Origin: Myxococcales bacterium
GTDB taxonomy: Bacteria; Myxococcota_A; UBA9042; JABWCM01; BTVJ01
NCBI GenBank assembly: GCA_045863395.1
Contig: BTVJ01000013.1
Span: forward strand, 77,242 to 141,241
Direction of reading: 5' to 3'
Length of the DNA: 64,000 nt
A model generated the notes under the pieces. That model saw only the letters and a program-made list of their open reading frames with translations. It ran no database searches and was not told the origin of the DNA. Both the position numbers and the translations under genes were made by a program. This document shows, in pieces, positions 19,883 through 29,234 of the stretch (its first letter is position 1; each line of letters begins with the position of its first letter).

Positions 19883-21016
19883 CTACTCGTAGACCATCCA
19901 GACGGGCCCCGGGTACAGATAGGAGAGGCCGGCGCGCAGCCGGTCGCGCCAGTTCTCCCAGTTGTGGCCGTCGCGGGCCTCCTCGAAGCGCACGGACATG
20001 CCCGTGTCCTGAAGGAGCGGCACGATGGAGCGGTTCTCGTAGATCAGCGACTCGTACTGGCCGCAGCTCAGGAACACGCGCTCGCTCGGCCTCCCCGGGG
20101 CCTCGCGAAATGCATTGACGAACTCCACCACCTTGTCGAAGAGCGGGCCGCGCCAGTGCGTGCCGATGTCCGTGAAGGCGAAGGAGCCCGATTGGAGCAG
20201 CAGGCGCCCGAAGACGCCCGGGTAGCGCCAGGCGGTCGCCAGAGACGCCACCGCGCCGAAGCTCGCCCCCATCAGGCCCCGGTGGGACGCCTGCTTGTAG
20301 AGGGAGTACCGGGCCTCCAGGGCCGGGAGCAGCTCCTCGACGACGAAGCGGGCGTGGCCCGGGTGGTCCGCGTACTCCGACAGACGATCACCGGGGTGAG
20401 AGAGGGCCACGACCAGGGGGGCGATCTCCAGCCGGTGGATCAGGTTGTCGAGCACCGTCTGGAGGCTGGCGTAGCGCACGTAGTCGCCGCCGTCGTGCAC
20501 GACCAGCAGGCGGTAGCGCCGGGTCGGGCGAAAGCGGGCGGGCAGGTACACCGTCACGCGCCGGTCTCCCCCGAGGGCCGCCGACCGGACGCGCAGCTCT
20601 TGCAGGGTCCCCGGCCGTGCCTCCTTGTCCGGCCTGGCCCACTCGGGGGGCGCGTAGTCCGCCCCCTGGCAGACCGAGTTGCCGCCGTATGGATCCATGG
20701 CCTTGTGCGGGTTGAGCGGGTCCTGGATCCACTCGCCGTGGCCGTTGCGGTGGACGTCGAGCTTGTACTCCACCCGGGAGCGCGGCGGGAGCTCCAGCAC
20801 CAGGTACCACAGGTCCGTGCCGTCGATGCGCGCGAAGGGCTGGTCCGAGCCGAGCCCGTAGACCCAGTGCCGCAGGCTGACCCGCTCCGCCTCGCCACGC
20901 CACACGAAGGTGACCTTGCTGCCTTCGAGGATGGGGAAGGTGTGGTCCCGCAAGAAGGCATCGATGACGTCACGGCTCGGGCGCCCCTTGGTCAGCGCGT
21001 GGATCGCCAGGTTCAT
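19883..21016 (-). CDS. Enterochelin-esterase (Fes)-like alpha/beta hydrolase with N-terminal E-set/CBM48-like domain
   Basis: ATG in an ATGA overlap with the upstream gene; VTFVWRG...LWYLVLEL...EYKL...DPLNP N-terminal domain; VYLP, VHDG, GASFG and GHNW. Confidence 0.85.
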   Translation of the reverse strand: MNLAIHALTKGRPSRDVIDAFLRDHTFPILEGSKVTFVWRGEAERVSLRHWVYGLGSDQPFARIDGTDLWYLVLELPPRSRVEYKLDVHRNGHGEWIQDPLNPHKAMDPYGGNSVCQGADYAPPEWARPDKEARPGTLQELRVRSAALGGDRRVTVYLPARFRPTRRYRLLVVHDGGDYVRYASLQTVLDNLIHRLEIAPLVVALSHPGDRLSEYADHPGHARFVVEELLPALEARYSLYKQASHRGLMGASFGAVASLATAWRYPGVFGRLLLQSGSFAFTDIGTHWRGPLFDKVVEFVNAFREAPGRPSERVFLSCGQYESLIYENRSIVPLLQDTGMSVRFEEARDGHNWENWRDRLRAGLSYLYPGPVWMVYE

Positions 21017-21939
21017 GCGCCCTCCACGGGCACCACGGCCCCGTCGGTGGTCAGCCGGCACGTGGGGCCGTTGGCAGTCCACCCCTTCGCCAGGGTGGCG
21101 GCGCACCCGTCGTCCAGCGCAAGGCACAGCGCCGGCGCGAAGCGGCGCGCCAGCAGCGACACCCGCTGCGGGTCGTCCAGGTTGAGGCGGCTGCTGGCGT
21201 GGGGCAGCGCGACGACCCCCGGGGCGAGGCCCAGGCCGCGGCTCAAGATCTCGGCGTTGCCGGCCCCCTGCGGCGGGTTGTCGTGGAACAGCACGATGCG
21301 GTCCGTGAGCACCATGGCGCCAGCGCTCCAGCCGACGAGGGGCTTTGCTGCCAGGAGGCTCGTCAAGCCAAAGAGCCGAATGCGGTTGATCAAGGACGCA
21401 ACGTGGCCCCCCGCGATGGCAACTGCATCACATTCGCTGAGAATGCTCGAAATCTCTTCGACATGGTGTTGAATGGACGGCCTCCGGGCCAGACCCACCG
21501 CCGCCTCGTACTCGTGCTCGATGCCCTCCATGCGCGCCACGTGCCGCTTGTCGAGCGCCCGGATGGTGCGCATGGTCGCCTCCAGCTCCGGCTCGATGAG
21601 GTCCGCGGGGGCGTCGATGCGCTGGAGCCGCTTCGCCGCCGTGAGCGCGGCCTCGAGCTGGAGCCGGTAGAGGTCCTGCAGGCGGTGCAGACGGTCCTGC
21701 TTGGTGCGGTGGGCCGTGAAGAGCGTCTGGTCCTCGCGGAAGGCCGCGTCGGCCCGCGCGTGCAGCGCCAGGTTGGTCGTGCGGTTGCCGAGGAACCGGG
21801 ACAGCTCGCCGTCTTCGGCCTCCCGCTCCTGCCAGCCCGCGCTGATCACCGCGATGCGCCCGCGGACGCCCAGCAGCTCGAACGCCGTGCCCACCGTCCT
21901 GATGCGACGTTGCGGGCCGAGGAGGACTCGTTGCATCAT
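21013..21939 (-). CDS. Peptidase S51 (peptidase E/cyanophycinase-like, class I glutamine amidotransferase fold) with helical insertion
   Basis: AIAGGH, nucleophile motif GWSAGAM, GLGL...LPHA and ALDD; SD GGAGG. Confidence 0.75.
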   Translation of the reverse strand: MMQRVLLGPQRRIRTVGTAFELLGVRGRIAVISAGWQEREAEDGELSRFLGNRTTNLALHARADAAFREDQTLFTAHRTKQDRLHRLQDLYRLQLEAALTAAKRLQRIDAPADLIEPELEATMRTIRALDKRHVARMEGIEHEYEAAVGLARRPSIQHHVEEISSILSECDAVAIAGGHVASLINRIRLFGLTSLLAAKPLVGWSAGAMVLTDRIVLFHDNPPQGAGNAEILSRGLGLAPGVVALPHASSRLNLDDPQRVSLLARRFAPALCLALDDGCAATLAKGWTANGPTCRLTTDGAVVPVEGA

Positions 21940-21986
21940 CGTGGCGTTCCTCCGGATCGCGAGACCCTTCGACGCAGGATGAGCCC

Positions 21987-23207
21987 ATGCACGTGATCTT
22001 CGTCGCCCCCCACTTCCCAGCGTACCAGGCCAGCTTCGTGCGCGCCCTCAAGGCGGCCGGCGCGGGCGTCACCGGCATCGGCGAGCCGCCCGCCGAGTGG
22101 CTCCCGGACCACATCAAGGGCCTGCTCGACGGCTACGAGCAGGTCCACAACGTCACCGACGAGCAGGCGCTGCTCGACGCGGTGCGCCGCATCCAGGGGC
22201 GCGGCTGGGTGGACCGGCTGGAGGCGACCATCGAGGCGCACATCCTGCCGACCGCCCGCGTGCGGGAGGCGGCGGGCATCCCCGGCCTGACCGTGCGCGC
22301 CGCGACCCTGTGCCGCGACAAGCCGCTCATGAAGGAGGCGCTGCGCGAGGCGGGCGTAGCGACGGCGGCGTCGGCGGGCGTCTCCACCTCTGCGGAGGCC
22401 CGCGCCTTCGTCGAGGCGGTCGGCTACCCGGTCATCGTCAAGCCGCGGGCCGGGGCCGGGGCGGCGGGGACGTCCAAGTGCACGAACGACGACGAGCTCG
22501 CCCGGGCCATCGCCGAGCACCGCCTCGACCACGGCGGCGCGGCCGCCATCGAGGAGTTCGTCAGCGGGCACGAGGGCTTCTACGACACCCTGAGCATCGG
22601 CGGCACCGTGGTGCTCGACTTCGTGAGCCACTACTACCCGAACGTGCTGGAGGCCATGCGAACCCGCTGGATCTCGCCCCAGATCGTCGCGACCAACCGC
22701 ATGGACGCACCCGGCTACGACGAGGTCAAGGCGCTGGGCCAGGCGGTGGTCACGGCGCTGGGCATCGGCACGTCGGCGACCCACATGGAGTGGTTCTTTG
22801 GCCCGAAGGGGCTGCGCTTCAGCGAGATCGGCGCGCGGCCGCCCGGGGTCGGGCAGTGGGACGTGTACTGCGCCGCCAACGACCTGGACCTGTACCGGGA
22901 GTGGGCCAACGCGGTGTGCTGGCGCCGCGTGGAGCACGGGCCCTCTCGGCGCTTCGCGGCGGGCATCATCGCGCTGCGCCCCGATCGGGATGGCCGCATC
23001 GTCGGTTACAGCGGCGTGGACGAGCTGCACCAGATGTTCGGCCCGTGGGTCATCGACGCCCACCTGCCGCCGGCCGGGACCCCGACGCAGCCCGTCGAGG
23101 CGGGCTACATGGCCAATGCGTGGGTTCGGCTGCGCCATCCGGACTACGACGTCCTCCGCGAGATGCTCGACACCGTCGGGCGCACCCTGAAGGTCTACGC
23201 CGCCTGA
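21987..23207 (+). CDS. ATP-grasp carboxylate-amine ligase-like protein (paralogue B)
   Basis: CRDKPLMKEAL, PVIVKPRAGAGA, IEEFVSGHE, THMEWF and SEIGARPPG. Confidence 0.85.
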   Translation: MHVIFVAPHFPAYQASFVRALKAAGAGVTGIGEPPAEWLPDHIKGLLDGYEQVHNVTDEQALLDAVRRIQGRGWVDRLEATIEAHILPTARVREAAGIPGLTVRAATLCRDKPLMKEALREAGVATAASAGVSTSAEARAFVEAVGYPVIVKPRAGAGAAGTSKCTNDDELARAIAEHRLDHGGAAAIEEFVSGHEGFYDTLSIGGTVVLDFVSHYYPNVLEAMRTRWISPQIVATNRMDAPGYDEVKALGQAVVTALGIGTSATHMEWFFGPKGLRFSEIGARPPGVGQWDVYCAANDLDLYREWANAVCWRRVEHGPSRRFAAGIIALRPDRDGRIVGYSGVDELHQMFGPWVIDAHLPPAGTPTQPVEAGYMANAWVRLRHPDYDVLREMLDTVGRTLKVYAA

Positions 23208-23268
23208 GCCGCCGAAGATACCGGCCGAGCCACGGCCTCGCAACCGGAGCGCTGCTCCGAGGTGACCC

Positions 23269-24495
23269 ATGAGCGCCATGAAGGTCCTGTTCGTGTCTCC
23301 CCACTACCCCGACGAGATGCAGGGGTTCGTGCGCGGCCTCGCCGAGGTCGGCGCCACCGTGTACGCGGTCGGCGACGTGCCCGAGCAGCAGCTCCCGGGC
23401 CACGTGCGCCGCTACCTGAGCGGGTACATGCAGGTCCATGACCTGTTCGACGAGCACGCGCTGGCCCGCCAGGTGGTGCCCATCGCCGGGCGCCTGGGCC
23501 TCGACCGCATCGAGGCGCTCTGGGAGCCCGTCGTCCTCGGGGCGGCGCGCCTGCGGGAGGAGCTCGGCGTGCCCGGCATGAGCATGGAGACGGCCATCGG
23601 GTTCCGCGACAAGGCGGTCATGAAGGAGCGCCTCGTTGCGGCGGGCCTTCGCGTGCCCCACTTCGCGCGGGTGACGACGGCGGCGGCGCTGCGGGAGGCC
23701 GCCGAGCGCATCGGCTACCCCCTGATCGTCAAGCCCATCGACGGAGCGGGCACCAGGGACACCTACAAGCTGGACGGGGAGGCGGACCTGGAGGCGGTGC
23801 TCCCGCGGCTCGGCCACCTGCCCGACGTCAACGTGGAGGAGTTCATCGAGGGCGACGAGTTCACCTACGACGCGGTCTCCATCGACGGGGTGCCGGTCTT
23901 CGACAGCGTCGCCCAGTACCACCCGAAGCCGCTGGAGGCGCGGTCTCAGGAGTGGATCAGCCCCATGCAGATCGTCTTCCGCGACCCTCACGTGCCGGAG
24001 CTGGCCGCCGGAGTGGCGCTGGGGCGCGACGTGCTGAAGGCGCTCGGGATGGGCACGGGCTTCACCCACATGGAGTGGTATCGGAAGCCGGGCGGGGAGG
24101 TGGTCTTCGGCGAGATCGCGGCGCGAGCGCCGGGCGGGCGCCTCGTGGATCAGATGAACTACGCCAACGACTTCGACGTGTACCGGGAGTGGGCGCGCAC
24201 CGTGTGCTGGCGCTCGTTCGACGCGACGCCGCATCGGCGCTACCACGTCGCGACGATCTTCAAGCGAGCGCAGGGCCAGGGGCGCATCGTGGGCATGACG
24301 GGGCTCGACGCGGTGCGCGCCCGGTGCGGCAGCTCGCTGGTCCTCGTAGACCTGCTCCCGGTCGGGGCGCCACGGCGCGACTGGCGCAGCACCCTGCTCT
24401 CCGACGGCGTCGTCACCCTGCGCCACCCGGACTACGCGGAGTGCAAGGCCATGGCCTGGGCGGTGGTCAACGATCTGCGGCTGTACGCGGGCTAA
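23269..24495 (+). CDS. ATP-grasp carboxylate-amine ligase-like protein (paralogue C)
   Basis: SD GAGGTG; FRDKAVMKERL, PLIVKPIDGAGT, VEEFIEGDE, THMEWY and GEIAARAPGG. Confidence 0.85.
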   Translation: MSAMKVLFVSPHYPDEMQGFVRGLAEVGATVYAVGDVPEQQLPGHVRRYLSGYMQVHDLFDEHALARQVVPIAGRLGLDRIEALWEPVVLGAARLREELGVPGMSMETAIGFRDKAVMKERLVAAGLRVPHFARVTTAAALREAAERIGYPLIVKPIDGAGTRDTYKLDGEADLEAVLPRLGHLPDVNVEEFIEGDEFTYDAVSIDGVPVFDSVAQYHPKPLEARSQEWISPMQIVFRDPHVPELAAGVALGRDVLKALGMGTGFTHMEWYRKPGGEVVFGEIAARAPGGRLVDQMNYANDFDVYREWARTVCWRSFDATPHRRYHVATIFKRAQGQGRIVGMTGLDAVRARCGSSLVLVDLLPVGAPRRDWRSTLLSDGVVTLRHPDYAECKAMAWAVVNDLRLYAG

Positions 24496-24559
24496 GCCTC
24501 GGCGTGAGGTCCGGCCGCGGCTGGGTTTCAGGACCGCCGCGGCCCGCGTTCAGTACCGG

Positions 24560-24588
24560 TTGTCGTGCTCGGGGCACCACCCTATGCT
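24560..24588 (+). promoter_or_regulatory. Candidate sigma70-type promoter for the small ORF and kinase
   Basis: TTGTCG (24560-24565), 17 nt spacer, TATGCT (24583-24588). Confidence 0.5.
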
Positions 24589-24620
24589 CGCCTCCCCTGC
24601 AACGGAGGTGTGGCGTACCC

Positions 24621-24698
24621 ATGCACTTGATCCCTCCTGAGGAGTGCTCGACACACGACGCGGTCGCGCCGCTTGACTTGCGAGGGGCTGGCCCTTGA
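24621..24698 (+). CDS. Candidate 25-aa small ORF (MHLIPPEECSTHDAVAPLDLRGAGP)
   Basis: SD GGAGGT at 24604-24609; its stop overlaps the kinase TTG start (TTGA, 24695-24698). Confidence 0.3.
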   Translation: MHLIPPEECSTHDAVAPLDLRGAGP

Positions 24699-27421
24699 GC
24701 GCCCCCTCCCGCAGCCAGGCGCCGACGGAGGGCGGCGACCCCATGCAGGGCGCCCCCGCGCTGCCCGTCGGCGCGCTCGTGGCGCGCCGATATCGCCTGG
24801 AGTCGGTGCTGGGAGTGGGGGGCTTCGCCTGGGTCTATGCCGCTACGGACCTGCTCGGCGGTGAGCGGGTCGCCGTCAAGATCCAGCTCCTGAGCCCTGG
24901 GATCGATCTCAGGCGCATCCGGCGCGAGCTGGCTGCCATGCGGCTCCTGCGCATCCCCGGCGTGGTGACCCTGCTGGACGACGGGGTCGAGGGCGACCAC
25001 TACTACCTGGTCATGGAGCTCGTCGAGGGTGCCCCGTTCAGCGGCGCCGGCGGCTGGCCCACCATCGCGGAGGTCGTGGTGGGCCTCCTCGAGACGGTCG
25101 CCCGAATCCATGCCGCAGGCGTCGTCCACCGGGACCTGAAGCCGGGCAACGTGCTGGTGACCCCGGAGGGGCGCCCCGTCGTGCTCGACTTCGGCCTCGC
25201 CATGGGGCCGGGCGTCGGGCGCTCCGTGGCCCCCGTGGAGGGGGTCGTGGGTACGCCGGGCTACATCGCCCCCGAGCAGATCCAGGGGGGAAACGCGGGG
25301 CCTCAGGCCGACCTCTACGCGGTCGGCGCCATGGTCTACGAGGCGCTCTGCGGCCGCACGCCGCTCCAGGGCGACACGTGGCAGGAGACGCTGATGGCGC
25401 GTCTGGTCGCGGACCCTGAGCCCATCGGCCAGCGGGTGCCCGGGCTCGATCCCGCCGTGGCGGCCCTCGTCGACCGCCTCGTCGCCCGTGAGCCGGGCGC
25501 CCGGCCGGCCAGCGCTTCGGATGCGCTGGCCGTGCTGGCCGGGGCGCCGGGCGTGCGGCGGGCGCCCGTGACCTGGCCGTGGGTGCCGGGCGACCGCGCC
25601 GGCACCGGGGGGGCCCCCGAGACCTCGCGGCTGTCCGCCGCGGACCTGAGGTCGCTCATCGCTGGGCCCGAGCGCTTGCTACACCTCCAGGAGGACGGCG
25701 CGCGGCTCGTCCTCGAGCGCACGGGCGGGCTGCCCGGCAACGTGGAGCGAGAGCTGGCCGCGTGGGTGCGCGCCGGCCTGGCAGCCTGGCACGAGGGGCG
25801 TCTGTCGCTGGGCCGAGGCGCCCTGGAGCGCCTGCGCGCCAGCCCTCCAGTCCGCCACAGCGAGGCCTCGGGTGGCGCGGACCTGCTGTCGGCCCTCGGC
25901 GAGGCGCACCGGGACCTCATCGGGTGGCTGGAGCTCGCGTGGCCGCGCACCCAGGCCGAGCACCTCGCCGCGGTCACGGGCCTGCCGTCGTGGCGCGTCC
26001 GCGGGTACGTCGAGGCGCTGGCCCACCTCGGGCTGCTGGTCCGCTCCCGCGACGGGCGGGTGGCGGGCATGGCGGTGGCGGGCGTGGCGTCGGCCTGGAG
26101 CGAGCAGCGCCGCCGTGAGGCCCACCGCAGGCTCGCCGCGGCGCTGCCCGCCGGCGCCGAGGGGCGGCTCCACCACCTGGTCGCCGCTGGGGAGCTCGCA
26201 GAGGTGGGTGCCGAGGCTGCCGCGCGAGGGCTGGCGCTGGCCGGCGAGGGCCTCCTGGGCCCGGCAGCGGCCGCGCTCGAGGAGGGGCTCGGCCCGGCGA
26301 GATTGCACGAGGACGCGGCCGGCGAGGGGCGCCTTCTGGAGCTCCTGTGCGAGGTGTCCCTGTCCCTCGGGACAGAGCACGCTCTCGACCGGGCGCTCTA
26401 CGAGCTGGAGAGGGCCTGGACCCGGTCACCGCGAATCGCACGCCTGGAGGGCCTCGTGCGGGCGAGCCTGGGCGCGATGCGCGCCGTCGGCCAGGCTTCG
26501 CTGCTGGTCGCCGAGTCCATCCGCCCCTTCGTCGAGGAGCCGCTGGAAGAGGGGCGCATGGTCGCGCGGCTGCGCGCTGCTCGTGGCTGCCCCGTGGCGG
26601 AAGAAGAGCGGGTGCTCGCGGATGCGGAGACCTGGGCGGCCGGCGGGAGCCCCCGGGCACGGGCGCTGGCCCTGATGTGGAGGGCGCTCTACCAGTATCG
26701 CGTCGGGCGCTTCCAGGAGGCCGCCGACACCCACCTCGCCGCGCTGCGGGTCGGGCCGCCGCCACACCTCTGGCTCGCCATCTCGGTCAACGCGGCCTCG
26801 GCGCTCCTGGAGGCCCACGACCTGGACGGGGCCATCTCCATGGCAGCGAGGGCGGCCACCTTTGCCGCGCGACTGCGCCACCCGCTGCAGGAAGGCCGCG
26901 CGGAGAGGGTGCGGCGCGTCGCCCTGTATCGGGCGGGGCGAGCGACCGAGCCGGACCTCGACCTGGTGGAGGGAGCAGAGGCGGTCGGCCAGCCCGACCT
27001 CCTCGCCATGGTGTGTCTCAACGAGGCCGGCGTGGCGCTGCGGGGAGGGCGCCTGGAGCTGGGCGGCGTCCTGGCGTCGCGCGCCGCGGCCGCCTGGACC
27101 CGCATGGGCCGCACTTGGGAAGGGGCCCTCGTCCGCGCCCTGGCCGACGGCTGCATGGGCGCGAGCAGCCCGGCGCTTCGCCGCGAGATCGTGCAGGGGG
27201 CGCTGGAGTGCACCACCGCCATGATGCCGCTCCAGGCCCTCGCCCTCTGGGCGACGGCCGAGCCCCTCGACGCGCAGGAGCAGGCGGTCGTCCGAGCGTT
27301 GGCGGATCGCATCCCGCCGGCGGCGTGGGAGCTGCGCGCGGACGTTCTGTCCCCCCGCGAGGCGGTCGAGTTGGCGCTGGGGCGCGGGCGCCTCGAGGAT
27401 CTCGTGGACGCCAGGAGCTGA
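24695..27421 (+). CDS. Hanks-type Ser/Thr protein kinase with long helical (TPR-like) C-terminus
   Basis: LGVGGFAWVY, VAVK, HRDLKPGN, DFG, GTPGYIAPE and DLYAVG. Alternative start is the ATG at 24743. Confidence 0.88.
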   Translation: MSAPSRSQAPTEGGDPMQGAPALPVGALVARRYRLESVLGVGGFAWVYAATDLLGGERVAVKIQLLSPGIDLRRIRRELAAMRLLRIPGVVTLLDDGVEGDHYYLVMELVEGAPFSGAGGWPTIAEVVVGLLETVARIHAAGVVHRDLKPGNVLVTPEGRPVVLDFGLAMGPGVGRSVAPVEGVVGTPGYIAPEQIQGGNAGPQADLYAVGAMVYEALCGRTPLQGDTWQETLMARLVADPEPIGQRVPGLDPAVAALVDRLVAREPGARPASASDALAVLAGAPGVRRAPVTWPWVPGDRAGTGGAPETSRLSAADLRSLIAGPERLLHLQEDGARLVLERTGGLPGNVERELAAWVRAGLAAWHEGRLSLGRGALERLRASPPVRHSEASGGADLLSALGEAHRDLIGWLELAWPRTQAEHLAAVTGLPSWRVRGYVEALAHLGLLVRSRDGRVAGMAVAGVASAWSEQRRREAHRRLAAALPAGAEGRLHHLVAAGELAEVGAEAAARGLALAGEGLLGPAAAALEEGLGPARLHEDAAGEGRLLELLCEVSLSLGTEHALDRALYELERAWTRSPRIARLEGLVRASLGAMRAVGQASLLVAESIRPFVEEPLEEGRMVARLRAARGCPVAEEERVLADAETWAAGGSPRARALALMWRALYQYRVGRFQEAADTHLAALRVGPPPHLWLAISVNAASALLEAHDLDGAISMAARAATFAARLRHPLQEGRAERVRRVALYRAGRATEPDLDLVEGAEAVGQPDLLAMVCLNEAGVALRGGRLELGGVLASRAAAAWTRMGRTWEGALVRALADGCMGASSPALRREIVQGALECTTAMMPLQALALWATAEPLDAQEQAVVRALADRIPPAAWELRADVLSPREAVELALGRGRLEDLVDARS

Positions 27422-27534
27422 GGCGGGCGGCGCGGGGGCGAAGGTCCGCTGCCAACCGGGCCGGGCGTTCATCCCGCAGGAGACTCGACGCGCGCGCCAA
27501 CGCGGAGGCGGGCGTGTCACCCAGGCGCGCCCTC

Positions 27535-29202
27535 TCAGAGCGGCGAGTACACGCGCGCCGGCCGGCGGTGCTCCACCATCCCCTCGGCCGCGTGGGCGAG
27601 GCGCAGCAGCAGGGCTTCGTCCCAGGGGCGCCCGATGGCCTGGAGGCCCACCGGGAGGCCGTCGGCGTCCCAGCCCGCCGGGAAGGAGATGGCCGGGAGG
27701 CCGGTGAGGTTGGCCAGGGGGGCGTAGCGCATGATGCGACCGAGCAGCTCCAGGTTGGACTCGCCGCTCTGCAGGGCGTCCCGGGGCAGCGGGGGGGCCG
27801 TGCAGCCGGTGGCGGGCGTCACGATGGCGTCCACCCCGCTCAGGAGCGAGAGCATCTGGCGCACCATGCGGGCGCGCACCCGCTGGGCCTGGACGTAGTC
27901 GGCGCCGCCCATGTCCCGCGCCAGGGCCAGGTTGATGCGCACGTCCGGGCCGTAGTCGGCGCCGTGCGCTTTGAGCCAGGGGAGCTGGGAGGCGACCATC
28001 TCCACGGCGATGGTCACCATGTGCGCGATGGAGGCGAGGCGCAGCCCCTCGATGCTCACCTCGCGGATGGTCGCCCCCGCCGCCCGGAGCCCGTCCAGGA
28101 GGCGCTCGCAGGCCGTGACGACGCCCGGGTCCGCGTCCTCGAACCACGGCTTGAAGACACCGAGGGTGACGCCGCGCAGGTCCTGGGAGCCCCCGAAGCC
28201 GGTGAGATGCGGCTTGGGCTGGCCCAGGGTGTGGGGGTCCTCCGGGTCCTCGCCGGCCATGATCATGTAGGCCGCGGCCGCGTCCCGGGCCGTGCCGGCG
28301 AGAGGGCCGATGTGCGCGACGCTCCAACACAGCGGGGCGGCGCCGTGCTCACTCACACGGCCGAAGGTGGGCTTCAGGCCGACCAGACCGCACAGGGCGG
28401 CGGGGATGCGGATGGAGCCGCCGCCGTCGGCGCCCAGGGCCACGGGGCAGAGGCCGGCGGCCACGGCGGCAGCCGAGCCGCTGGATGAGCCCCCAGTGGC
28501 GCGCGCCGGGTCGAAGGGGTTGCGCGCCGGCCCGTGGTGCGGGTTGAGGCCCGTGACGCCCAGGCCGATCTCGTGCATGTTGGCCTTGCCGAAGAGCAGC
28601 GCCCCGGCGGCCCGCAAGCGCGCGACGGTCGTCGCGTCGGCGGTGGCGGGCGCCGAGCCGTGGAACCGGGTCCCCACCGTGGTCGGGTAGCCCCGCTGGT
28701 CCACCTCGTCCTTGATGGCGACGGGCACGCCGTCGAAGGGGCCGAGCGGGCGGCCGGCGCGCCAGCGCTCTGCGGATCGCTCGGCTTGATGGAGCAGGTC
28801 GTCGGGCTGCTGCGCGATCAGCACCCGCAGGGCCGGCTCCTCCCGCTCCGACGCGGAGAGCGCGTCGAGCAGCCGTCGCGCAACGTCCACGGGTGAGCGG
28901 CCCTCCTCGGCGTAGGCACGCCGGTAGTCCGCGAGGGTCGCCCAGGGGTGGCCCACCGGGGTCGGCCCCGCCACCACCTCGTCGAGCGTGGGAGAGGCTG
29001 GCGGTGCGCTCGTCCCGGAGAATCGCGGCTCGAACTGAGGGGGGTCGTCGATCTGCGCAGTGCGCAGCAGGTCCACGCCTACCTGGCGCAGGAGCTGCTC
29101 TCGCAAGAGCGAGCCAGCGCGCGGGCGGGACGCGAGGGCGGCCAGGGCGCGCAGCGCCGGTCCGGCGAGGCGCGGGGCGCGGATGGGTTCGAGGTCGTAC
29201 AT
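27535..29202 (-). CDS. Amidase signature family enzyme (fatty acid amide hydrolase-like)
   Basis: GVPVAIKD, GGSSSGSAAAVA and LGADGGGSIRIPA supply the Lys-Ser-Ser triad motifs; SD GGAGG. Confidence 0.92.
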   Translation of the reverse strand: MYDLEPIRAPRLAGPALRALAALASRPRAGSLLREQLLRQVGVDLLRTAQIDDPPQFEPRFSGTSAPPASPTLDEVVAGPTPVGHPWATLADYRRAYAEEGRSPVDVARRLLDALSASEREEPALRVLIAQQPDDLLHQAERSAERWRAGRPLGPFDGVPVAIKDEVDQRGYPTTVGTRFHGSAPATADATTVARLRAAGALLFGKANMHEIGLGVTGLNPHHGPARNPFDPARATGGSSSGSAAAVAAGLCPVALGADGGGSIRIPAALCGLVGLKPTFGRVSEHGAAPLCWSVAHIGPLAGTARDAAAAYMIMAGEDPEDPHTLGQPKPHLTGFGGSQDLRGVTLGVFKPWFEDADPGVVTACERLLDGLRAAGATIREVSIEGLRLASIAHMVTIAVEMVASQLPWLKAHGADYGPDVRINLALARDMGGADYVQAQRVRARMVRQMLSLLSGVDAIVTPATGCTAPPLPRDALQSGESNLELLGRIMRYAPLANLTGLPAISFPAGWDADGLPVGLQAIGRPWDEALLLRLAHAAEGMVEHRRPARVYSPL

Positions 29203-29234
29203 ATCGGGGCCTCCTGGGCGCGGGTCCGGGGCGG

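Noticed and set aside
16538..24495. Calling the ATP-grasp cluster a graspetide (microviridin-type) RiPP or cyanophycin locus
   Set aside because: No recognisable precursor with leader and repeated cores, no transporter, and no CphA-type ATP-grasp/Mur-ligase fusion.
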